Positions 7,906 through 14,749 of a DNA stretch of 20,000 nucleotides are shown piece by piece. The notes below the pieces were generated by a model. That model saw only the letters and a list, made by a program, of their open reading frames with translations. It was not told the origin of the DNA and made no database searches. Numbering within the stretch: position 1 is the stretch's first letter; each line of letters opens with the position of its first letter. The stretch is from an uncultured virus (IMG/VR IMGVR_UViG_3300014160_000002) (Duplodnaviria > Heunggongvirae > Uroviricota > Caudoviricetes), in the IMG/VR virus record IMGVR_UViG_3300014160_000002, positions 55,410-75,409 of that record; one strand, given 5' to 3'. Position numbers and translations under genes: made by a program.

Positions 7906-7981
7906 GCTACTGTAGCTCAATTGGCGGAGCGCCGGTCTCGTACACCGGAGGTTGCAGGTTCGACGCCTGTCAGTAGCTCCA
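7906..7981 (+). tRNA. trnT: tRNA-Thr(CGU)
   Basis: GCTACTG/CAGTAGC; CCGGT-CTCGTAC-ACCGG; TTCGA T loop; CCA. Confidence 0.93.
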
Positions 7982-8041
7982 AGTTTTAGGTATCGTATAA
8001 TGGACCTTATCTCGGATAACGTCCATTATATTGAACCTTAA

Positions 8042-8117
8042 GCTGCCGTGGCGCAGTTGGTAGCGCACCTGCTTGGTAAGCAGGGGGTCGGGAGTTCGAG
8101 CCTCCCCGGTAGCTCCA
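8042..8117 (+). tRNA. trnT: tRNA-Thr(GGU)
   Basis: GCTGCCG/CGGTAGC; CCTGC-TTGGTAA-GCAGG; CCA. Confidence 0.93.
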
Positions 8118-8123
8118 TTTTAA

Positions 8124-8198
8124 GCCGCAGTAGGCCAGTGGTAGACGGCATCCTTGGTAAGGATGAGGACGTGGGTTCGATTCCCACTTGCGGCTCCA
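8124..8198 (+). tRNA. trnT: tRNA-Thr(GGU), second divergent copy with weak D stem
   Basis: GCCGCAG/TTGCGGC; CATCC-TTGGTAA-GGATG; GTGGG-TTCGATT-CCCAC; CCA. Confidence 0.85.
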
Positions 8199-8202
8199 GT
8201 TT

Positions 8203-8284
8203 GCTACCGTGGCACAGCGGCGACTGCACCTGCCTTGTAAGCAGGCATATCACAACGGGGGTTCGAGTCCCTTCGGTAGCTCCA
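8203..8284 (+). tRNA. trnT: tRNA-Thr(UGU) with enlarged variable region
   Basis: GCTACCG/CGGTAGC; CCTGC-CTTGTAA-GCAGG; 11-nt variable region CATATCACAAC; CCA. Confidence 0.88.
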
Positions 8285-8326
8285 GTTTCCAAACGCACAG
8301 TTTTTGATGCGTTTGATGAATATCAT

Positions 8327-8401
8327 TCCAGAGTCGTCTAACGGTCGGACATGCGGCTTTGAACCGCAGAATGAGAGGTTCGATTCCTCCCTCTGGAACC
8401 A
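8327..8401 (+). tRNA. trnQ: tRNA-Gln(UUG)
   Basis: TCCAGAG/CTCTGGA (U1-A72); TGCGG-CTTTGAA-CCGCA; CCA. Confidence 0.9.
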
Positions 8402-8407
8402 AGTTAT

Positions 8408-8481
8408 TCCGGGGTCGTCTAATGTTAGGATAGGTGGTTTTGACCCATCAGATAGGGGTTAGAGTCCTCTCCCCGGAGCCA
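8408..8481 (+). tRNA. trnQ: tRNA-Gln(UUG), non-canonical D and T loops
   Basis: TCCGGGG/CCCCGGA, G73, CCA; GGTGG-TTTTGAC-CCATC; T loop TTAGAGT. Confidence 0.82.
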
Positions 8482-8523
8482 AGAAATCTCCCATCGTGAG
8501 TATCTAATGGTGTGGAGGTTCAC

Positions 8524-8922
8524 ATGAACAAGCTCTCAAAGTTTATTGCAGCGTTAGTACTGGTACTTGCGGTCAGTGCCCCGGCTTCGGCTTGGTGGGG
8601 TCACCCGCACTACGTTTTCTACTATGGACCCGTGGCTTACCCGGCGCAGTGCTTCGGCATCAATTGCGTTCCCCCGTGGGGGAACAACTACATCGTGGTC
8701 GCCGCCGCTGGCAGGGTGGAGATAAAGACCACCAAGGTAGGTAACCGGGTTATCGTGGATGGGGGATTCGCCGGAATGACCGGTACACTGCGGAAGTTCT
8801 GGCTCAAGGCCGGGTCGCACACCATTCAGATTGAAGACGACTACGGCAAGATTTTGTATCGAGAACGAATCGAGGTATTGGCCGGTAAGAAACTTAGGCT
8901 ATATCCCGATGAAAAGCACTAA
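8524..8922 (+). CDS. Secreted protein with PEGA-like domain
   Basis: Signal peptide MNKLSKFIAALVLVLAVSAPASA; RVIVDGGFAG...WLKAGSHTIQIE; GGAGG RBS. Confidence 0.7.
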   Translation: MNKLSKFIAALVLVLAVSAPASAWWGHPHYVFYYGPVAYPAQCFGINCVPPWGNNYIVVAAAGRVEIKTTKVGNRVIVDGGFAGMTGTLRKFWLKAGSHTIQIEDDYGKILYRERIEVLAGKKLRLYPDEKH

Positions 8923-8926
8923 AGCT

Positions 8927-8935
8927 CAGTATTAT
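8927..8935 (+). promoter_or_regulatory. Putative -10 (CAGTATTAT)
   Basis: Recurring motif, 5 nt before RNA motif copy A. Confidence 0.5.
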
Positions 8936-8940
8936 TCTTT

Positions 8941-9022
8941 GCATCGCCGAGGGTATGAAGGCGCTTCCTTCTAAAATTTGACGCCTAATCAAACCCTAGC
9001 TCCTTCGCTTTCCTCGGGATGT
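8941..9022 (+). ncRNA. Repeated structured RNA motif, copy A
   Basis: CCGAGG/CCTCGG stem; GGGTATG 8951-57; CTTCCTTCTAA 8964-74; inner hairpin TTTGA/TCAAA. Confidence 0.65.
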
Positions 9023-9033
9023 TTTGAGGTGTT

Positions 9034-9357
9034 ATGGAGAAGGTAATCACGAAGTATGTCAGTAAGACCCACGGCTTGAAAAAGCGGGGATTGTATCTGG
9101 CTCAACTCCGGGGGATACGCTTTAAGGACAGCAAGCGGCTCTTCGACATCTACACCATCATTGAGGCTAAGGACAAGAAGGACGCCGTGCGCAAGTTCAA
9201 GTCTGGTCTCGAAGGGCACCTCATCAAGGATGTTTTCTGGTTTGACCCGATACGTGGGCAGCACTCAATTGTGATTACAACCCCCCACGTTGAGGTTAAG
9301 AAAGACAGGCGCAAGCGCAATGCGGCAGTTAAAAAAGACAGGCGCAAGCACCTCTAA
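9034..9357 (+). CDS. Basic hypothetical protein
   Basis: GAGGTG RBS; Lys/Arg-rich, 107 aa. Confidence 0.6.
   Translation: MEKVITKYVSKTHGLKKRGLYLAQLRGIRFKDSKRLFDIYTIIEAKDKKDAVRKFKSGLEGHLIKDVFWFDPIRGQHSIVITTPHVEVKKDRRKRNAAVKKDRRKHL
9295..9349 (+). repeat. 22-nt direct repeat (period 33) encoding VKKDRRK twice
   Basis: GTTAAGAAAGACAGGCGCAAGC (9295-9316) and GTTAAAAAAGACAGGCGCAAGC (9328-9349). Confidence 0.85.
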
Positions 9358-9371
9358 GTTTTAGGAATTTT

Positions 9372-9380
9372 CAGTATCAT
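9372..9380 (+). promoter_or_regulatory. Putative -10 (CAGTATCAT)
   Basis: Recurring motif, 6 nt before RNA motif copy B. Confidence 0.5.
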
Positions 9381-9386
9381 ACAAGT

Positions 9387-9458
9387 GGTAGCCGGGTATG
9401 GGAGCGCTTCCTTCTAACTTTCAATGGTGAAAAACTAGCTCTTCTGATTTCCGGCTCC
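9387..9458 (+). ncRNA. Repeated structured RNA motif, copy B
   Basis: AGCCGG/CCGGCT stem; GGGTATG 9394-9400; CTTCCTTCTAA 9407-17; inner hairpin TTTCA/TGAAA. Confidence 0.65.
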
Positions 9459-9497
9459 GTTCCTGCAAGACAAACTAAAGCACGATTGGGGAGGCAC

Positions 9498-9866
9498 ATG
9501 TCAGAAGGTAATCCAGCACCCAGCGTCATTCTGCGCAAGGATGTTGTGGAAAGGCTTGCCGGTTCCGGCACGCAGGTTCGCAACCTTGTCGTGAATAAGC
9601 TGGTGGACGAAGAAATCGAGAAGCGCAAGGTCGCCGTCCTGAGTGTCCTCGGCAAGGTCGAAGACAAGTACAAGGAACTCAAGAAGGCGGAAAAACAGGG
9701 CACCGTGACGTATAACTCAGCGGGTGCGCCCACCACAGACCCCGTGTTCACGAAGCAGCAGGTGGACACCATGAACAAACTCCGTGAGGAAATCGAGTCC
9801 CTCCAGAAGGCTTTGGAGAAGGCGTTCACGGAGAGCGACTTCAAGAAACTCTATGAGCTTGCTTGA
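9498..9866 (+). CDS. Coiled-coil hypothetical protein
   Basis: GGGGAGG RBS; helical 122-aa ORF with strong codon bias. Confidence 0.75.
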   Translation: MSEGNPAPSVILRKDVVERLAGSGTQVRNLVVNKLVDEEIEKRKVAVLSVLGKVEDKYKELKKAEKQGTVTYNSAGAPTTDPVFTKQQVDTMNKLREEIESLQKALEKAFTESDFKKLYELA

Positions 9867-10251
9867 TTCAATTCAGCAAGAGGTCGCACTCAGGGCGGAC
9901 TCGCCAGAGGGAATGGAGAGGTTAGTTAATTCCCTCTTGGCGAGTCTTCTGCCTTTGGAGTCAGAGTTTTTGAGTCGCCTGAAAAGCTATATTCGGGCGA
10001 AGCGCATGTACATTCGCCGCATCCGGGAAACGAATACATTAAGCGGTTTGGGTCAATGGGCGGCGTTAGAGGCTCCCGGCCTTGGAGAAGTTGAGCGGCT
10101 TCGCTCCAGTTATCGAGAAGTTCAGTGGCAGCTTGAAAAAGAAGTGGGAATGGGGCGGATAAAGACCCTTAAGCGTCAAGAAGGTTTGTTGTGGAGTAGC
10201 GCTTCGGCGTGGAATACTCCATGCGAAACAGGCAGTCATTCTTTGTGGTAG
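9853..10251 (+). CDS. Hypothetical protein
   Basis: ATG9853 overlaps the end of the previous gene; fills the gap before the TerD-domain gene. Confidence 0.5.
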   Translation: MSLLDSIQQEVALRADSPEGMERLVNSLLASLLPLESEFLSRLKSYIRAKRMYIRRIRETNTLSGLGQWAALEAPGLGEVERLRSSYREVQWQLEKEVGMGRIKTLKRQEGLLWSSASAWNTPCETGSHSLW

Positions 10252-10260
10252 GAGGTAGTC

Positions 10261-12447
10261 ATGAACACCGTACAGAAGAACGATATCCTAATCCGTCGTC
10301 GGCATCTGGTCATTTGCCCGCCCGCCAGCACGAAGAACCGGGCCGGGCGTGCGTTCGTCGCCACGATGAACCGCAACTTACAGGACATCGGCTACACCTT
10401 CGCCCCCAAGGTCATCACGGCGCTCTCCAACACCACGGAGCGTAACGCCCTCGAAGTGTTCCACGGCGTCCTCGAAATCGTCAAGAAGATTCGGGGTGTG
10501 TACCGTTACAACCCGATGTACCCGAATTTCCCTCAGCAGGTCATCGACATGGATGCGGCGGAGCTTTACCTGAACGCCATTTTCCACTACTTCACCGTTT
10601 GGGCCGCTGATGTGACCGGGGAGCAGGACTACATCTGGCTTCCCCGCTACCACAAGGACAAGCGGGACCCGCTCAACGAGCGTGTGCAGCTACGTGTGCT
10701 TAATCTCGGCGGCGACGAGGATTTGTTCACCCTCGCCCGGCAGTTGGCTACCGCCAACACCTCTTTGTCTGAAACTGACAAGGCCGACCTTAAGGCTCTC
10801 GTTCCGGTCATGGCGGACGCCTGCGCTCCGCCCGTGGAAATTCCGAACAAGGAGAACCTCGCTTTCTTGGCTTCGCTGTACTTCGACACCGACGTGGACC
10901 TGTCGCCGTGGTTCAAGACCGCCACTGACGTACTACGTCTCGCCGTAGCGGTATCCGGGGGCGACGTATCTCTCGCCGAGCCGACCAAGTTCCGCAAGTT
11001 CAAGCGTGCCGAGCGGCGTAAGCTGCTTGCCCTTCTGAACAATTGCGGCAACCTTGAGGAAGACCTCATGCGGTGGGAAGGCCGGTGGATTAAGCTCTCC
11101 GAGCGTCTCCACCCCGGCGACTACTGGGACAAGTACGCCAAGGCGTTCTCCGCCATTCAAGCCGTCCGTAACGGGCAGACCGAGCAAACCTTCCGCTCCA
11201 AGGTGGAAGAGGCTGTGCGTGGCGGACATGTCGTAGAGGCAGCGGACCTGCTCCGGGACCGTCCGGGAGAGTTCGCCCGGCGTCTGGACCACCTGATGCG
11301 CACCGCCCGCACCCTTGAATCCAAGAAGAACGCTCTCTTGGAGTTCTTGGCTGTGGCTCCGAAGGCCAGCACTCCCTTGCTGTTGCAGTTGATGGCGCAC
11401 TTTGACCACCGTGACGAGGGCGGACGGCGTACCGTGTTCCCCAAGGGCAACGTGGCAAAGGCCATGACTATCGACGCTCTGCCGGGATTCGGCAAGGCCG
11501 GTGACGGACGCACGGAGTATCTGTCCGGTTGGGTGTCTCGTGGTATCCGTCGTGTTCTCCGCAAGCGGTTCAGTGAGCTTCCGTCGCTGGGCAAAGTGTA
11601 TCTGGACCCGGACCTCAAGAACTACCTGTTGCCGTTCAGCCAGCGGTCCGCCTCGAAGACCATGCGGACCCTTGTCCGGGGAAGCCACATTCCGTTCGGC
11701 TTTGACGACAAGAACACCGTGCGGTTCTTCATCCACTGGCACGATATGACCGGCGACAAGGACGGTTGGAGCAACCGGGTAGACATCGACCTGTCCGCCG
11801 TGGGTTATTCGTCTGACTGGCGCAATCTCGGAGCCATCACTTACTACAACCTCCGGGAGAACTTTGCCCGTCACTCGGGAGACATCACCTCGGCTCCGAA
11901 TGGTGCCAGCGAGTTTATTGACGTTGACATCAAGCGGGCGTTGGCGAACGGCTACCGGTACATCGTCATGAACGTCAACAGCTTCACAGGACAGTTTTTC
12001 TCCACTGTTCCCGAGTGTTGCGCCGGTTGGATGCTCCGGGAGGAAGCTCAGTCCGGGGAAGTGTATGACCCTCGCACCGTGGAAGACAAGGCCGACCTGA
12101 CCATGGAAGCGAAGGCAGGTATCCCGCTCATCCTTGACCTTGAGGAGCGGAAGGTCATCTGGTGTGACATGGCAATCACGGTCAACCGCTATGCCAGCAT
12201 CAATGTCCGTAACAACGAAGACACGATTGCGCTCATCGGCAAGGCGCTCTCGAAGGTCAACAAGGCAACCGTGTACGACCTGCTCTACCTGCACGCCAAG
12301 GCTCGGGGCGAGCTTGTAGACAAGCCGAAGGACGCCGACACGGTGTTCAGCACCAAAGTCGGAACCCAGTACGAGACCGAAAAGCTGGCTTCTGAGTTCA
12401 TGGCAGACGCCCCGAAAAAGGCAAAGGTTCAAAGGGCGTCTGCTTGA
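10261..12447 (+). CDS. 728-aa protein: long helical (TROVE/Ro-like, tentative) region plus C-terminal TerD-like domain
   Basis: YNPMYPNFPQQV, FKTATDVLRLAVAVSGGDVSL, RPGEFARRLDHL; TerD-like RFFIHW...RVDIDLSA...HSGDITSAPNGASEFIDVD; AGGAGG RBS. Confidence 0.75.
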   Translation: MNTVQKNDILIRRRHLVICPPASTKNRAGRAFVATMNRNLQDIGYTFAPKVITALSNTTERNALEVFHGVLEIVKKIRGVYRYNPMYPNFPQQVIDMDAAELYLNAIFHYFTVWAADVTGEQDYIWLPRYHKDKRDPLNERVQLRVLNLGGDEDLFTLARQLATANTSLSETDKADLKALVPVMADACAPPVEIPNKENLAFLASLYFDTDVDLSPWFKTATDVLRLAVAVSGGDVSLAEPTKFRKFKRAERRKLLALLNNCGNLEEDLMRWEGRWIKLSERLHPGDYWDKYAKAFSAIQAVRNGQTEQTFRSKVEEAVRGGHVVEAADLLRDRPGEFARRLDHLMRTARTLESKKNALLEFLAVAPKASTPLLLQLMAHFDHRDEGGRRTVFPKGNVAKAMTIDALPGFGKAGDGRTEYLSGWVSRGIRRVLRKRFSELPSLGKVYLDPDLKNYLLPFSQRSASKTMRTLVRGSHIPFGFDDKNTVRFFIHWHDMTGDKDGWSNRVDIDLSAVGYSSDWRNLGAITYYNLRENFARHSGDITSAPNGASEFIDVDIKRALANGYRYIVMNVNSFTGQFFSTVPECCAGWMLREEAQSGEVYDPRTVEDKADLTMEAKAGIPLILDLEERKVIWCDMAITVNRYASINVRNNEDTIALIGKALSKVNKATVYDLLYLHAKARGELVDKPKDADTVFSTKVGTQYETEKLASEFMADAPKKAKVQRASA

Positions 12448-12457
12448 ACGGAGACTT

Positions 12458-12778
12458 GTGATTACCAAGGAACAGCTTCGCAAATTGGCTGAGAAGTGGC
12501 TCGAAGAAGAGCAGGAAGCGGCTCGGAAGACAGTGGAATTAAACGAGCGGCTCCTGCGGGGTGAGACCCTGACAACCACCTACGTTGCCTGTAATGGGCC
12601 TTCACCGCTCAGCAAATGGGCGGCTGCACAGGAACTCTTGGCGGCATTGGATGCACCGGAAATTATCCCGTTGCCGCCGCCGAGTACAAGCGATAAGTGC
12701 CCAAGGTGTGGTTCACCTTTACGGTACTGCATAGAAGGTGAGTACTGTTCCAGTCCTGATTGTGGTTATGCTCTTTGA
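12458..12778 (+). CDS. Hypothetical protein with C-terminal Zn ribbon
   Basis: GGAG RBS, GTG start; CPRCGS...YCSSPDCGY. Confidence 0.65.
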   Translation: MITKEQLRKLAEKWLEEEQEAARKTVELNERLLRGETLTTTYVACNGPSPLSKWAAAQELLAALDAPEIIPLPPPSTSDKCPRCGSPLRYCIEGEYCSSPDCGYAL

Positions 12779-12782
12779 ATTA

Positions 12783-12860
12783 GCCGGGTATGCTGACCCT
12801 TCCTTCTAACATGCAGAGGCCCGAAAGGGCTTCACCAAAGCAGGTTTGGCGGTTTCCGGC
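12783..12860 (+). ncRNA. Repeated structured RNA motif, copy C
   Basis: GCCGG/CCGGC stem; GGGTATG 12786-92; CTTCCTTCTAA 12799-809; inner GAGGCCC-GAAA-GGGCTTC hairpin. Confidence 0.65.
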
Positions 12861-12865
12861 GAAGT

Positions 12866-12930
12866 GAAGAGGGCGGAGCATCGGGGGCGCAGCCGGTCAA
12901 CGACTGAAACCCCCGACTCCGACCCTCTTC
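12866..12930 (+). other. Long imperfect hairpin
   Basis: GAAGAGGG/CCCTCTTC, CGGAG/CTCCG, TCGGGGG/CCCCCGA, CAG/CTG. Confidence 0.7.
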
Positions 12931-12937
12931 TACGTTT

Positions 12938-13033
12938 ATGAAAAAAACCCTCATCGTATGTGCCGCCTGCATCATCCCCGGAGGTTTTATCGCCCTCGCT
13001 GTGTGGGGCATCCTCCGCCGTATCAAGAAGTAA
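12938..13033 (+). CDS. 31-aa hydrophobic peptide (not in the ORF track)
   Basis: MKKTLIVCAACIIPGGFIALAVWGILRRIKK; no obvious SD. Confidence 0.45.
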   Translation: MKKTLIVCAACIIPGGFIALAVWGILRRIKK

Positions 13034-13059
13034 AAAATCCCTCAAAATTCATTTCTCCG

Positions 13060-13068
13060 TGGTATACT
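13060..13068 (+). promoter_or_regulatory. Extended -10 promoter (TGGTATACT)
   Basis: Same CGTGGTATACTG context as the 6518 promoter. Confidence 0.6.
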
Positions 13069-13085
13069 GATAGTGGGAGAGAACT

Positions 13086-13277
13086 ATGACCATTGAACTA
13101 ATGAAGTTGCTCAGCAGGGGTGACAAAGTTTCCCGTCCTGATGGCACCATTGGTTTGGTCAAGGGCTGGAATGCGGACGGCGACGGTTTAAGGATTTTCT
13201 GGTATGGGGACCTGACCACGGACGAAGTCCTGTGGATTGCCGCTGACCGGCTAACTTTCGTTTCGAGGGCAAAATGA
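13086..13277 (+). CDS. Small hypothetical protein (SH3-like beta barrel possible)
   Basis: GGGAG RBS; ATGA overlap with the next gene. Confidence 0.6.
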   Translation: MTIELMKLLSRGDKVSRPDGTIGLVKGWNADGDGLRIFWYGDLTTDEVLWIAADRLTFVSRAK

Positions 13278-13465
13278 GACAACCCGTTAAGGTTGAAGAG
13301 CTTAAAGTGGGAGACATCCTCCATCACAGCAACATTGGGATGGTGCAGTATACGGATGATTGCGCCGAGTTGCAGCGCCGGAACCCCGACCCCACTTCTC
13401 TCTTTGTCCAGTACCGGGGAGCGACCATTGAGGTCAGCATCCATCTGGTCTACAAGGCCGGATGA
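13274..13465 (+). CDS. Small hypothetical protein
   Basis: GAGGG RBS; VKVEELKVGDIL start. Confidence 0.6.
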   Translation: MRQPVKVEELKVGDILHHSNIGMVQYTDDCAELQRRNPDPTSLFVQYRGATIEVSIHLVYKAG

Positions 13466-13766
13466 GGTAGGCTTGGAATTTTTTGTCAAGACCCTCGGTG
13501 ACGATGGCCTCCCACCACCCGAGAGCTTGATTGCATCTGTGGCATAACCAGCCACGAAATTTTCCGGTAAGGTGACTGTGGTCAACGTATAGTTTCTTCA
13601 CTTTACCGCAGATTTCACAGGGTCCGGTTCTTCGTTCACCGGGGGGGTCTATCATGCCCCTAGCTTTACGCTTGCTTTTTCTGATTTTGTCCGGGTTGGC
13701 TTTTTTCCAAGCGAGCGCCCTGTCGATATATTCTTGACGGTGTTCAAGATAGTGTTTTCGGCTCAT
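13434..13766 (-). CDS. Endonuclease VII-like (His-Me) homing endonuclease
   Basis: CEICG...VDHSHLTGKFRGWLCHRCNQALG. Confidence 0.85.
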   Translation of the reverse strand: MSRKHYLEHRQEYIDRALAWKKANPDKIRKSKRKARGMIDPPGERRTGPCEICGKVKKLYVDHSHLTGKFRGWLCHRCNQALGWWEAIVTEGLDKKFQAYLIRPCRPDGC

Positions 13767-13855
13767 GCAAAACCCCCTATAGTTAAAGGGTTTTGTAGTT
13801 GATATTCTGTTCGCACAAACCCCGAAAATTGGGGGGTTTTGATGAAAGGAATAAC

Positions 13856-14749
13856 GTGGCTAAGAGACAGCCCAAAGAGAAACAGCCCGAGACTTACGCC
13901 GAGTGGCTGGAGTGGGAAAAGCGCAACTGGCACTCTCAGGGAGAGGATTGGGTTGTGCCGCCGAACCCCACCTATCTCTACAAGGTGGGAGAGGAAGTCA
14001 TTCTCGGTGGTCTAAAGGACGCCCGGATAGAAGAAATTTTTGACAACGGAATGAGCTACCATATCTCCTACCATGACGTTCAACACGTCTATGGGAATGA
14101 GGTTGACTGCGGTCGGAAACCCCGTATCGTCTGGTGGAACCAGATTGCTCCCAAGTGCCTGCAAGAGAACACCAACTTTGCCCGCCCCCGCATCCACGCC
14201 CAATACGTCACCACCGGCATGGATGGCATGATATTGACCGGCTATCGCCGGGGATACATCGACAACCCGGAGTACCAGCGGGGATACGTGTGGAACCTTG
14301 AAGATAAGCAGCGGCTCATCGACTCCATCTTCAATCGGACTGACATCGGCAAGTTCGTCTTTGTGGAGTATCCCTATCCCGAATACCGGCTGGAAATCGT
14401 GGACGGCAAGCAGCGTATCGCTGCCATCCGGGAATATATCGAGGGGCGCTTTCCCTACAAGGGCAAGACCTTCTACCAGCTTTCCAACGCTGACGTTCAT
14501 GCGTTCGAGGATACCAATGTGCAGTACGTGATGCTGGATTCCACCAAGGTCAGCAAGGCGGATATCCTGTGGCTGTTCCTCAGCGTCAACGCTGCCGGGG
14601 TGCCACAGACCGAGGAGCACATCGCTAAGGCGAAGGCGCTCTACGAGGAAACTCTGGCGGAGGAGGCCCGGCAGAAGGCCGACACCGCCCTCCGTAAGCA
14701 ATACGAGGCCGCAATAAAGGAGCAAAGAAATGGCAATCAGGGTGCTTAA
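13856..14749 (+). CDS. DUF262 (ParB/GmrSD-like) domain protein
   Basis: NPEYQRGYVW...LIDSIF...EIVDGKQRIAAI...FLSVNAAG; AAGGA before GTG13856. Confidence 0.85.
   Translation: MAKRQPKEKQPETYAEWLEWEKRNWHSQGEDWVVPPNPTYLYKVGEEVILGGLKDARIEEIFDNGMSYHISYHDVQHVYGNEVDCGRKPRIVWWNQIAPKCLQENTNFARPRIHAQYVTTGMDGMILTGYRRGYIDNPEYQRGYVWNLEDKQRLIDSIFNRTDIGKFVFVEYPYPEYRLEIVDGKQRIAAIREYIEGRFPYKGKTFYQLSNADVHAFEDTNVQYVMLDSTKVSKADILWLFLSVNAAGVPQTEEHIAKAKALYEETLAEEARQKADTALRKQYEAAIKEQRNGNQGA

Noticed and set aside
7708..8341. ORFs 7708-7989, 8048-8341 and 8038-8298(-)
   Set aside because: They overlap clear tRNA genes and structured RNA; spurious.
10933..12579. 548-aa antisense ORF and other long minus-strand ORFs
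   Set aside because: Shadow frames of GC3-biased + strand genes, with no recognisable motifs.
8941..12860. CRISPR array or transposon ends as the explanation for the repeated motif
   Set aside because: Copies are dispersed, irregularly spaced and conserved in structure rather than sequence; no cas or transposase gene.
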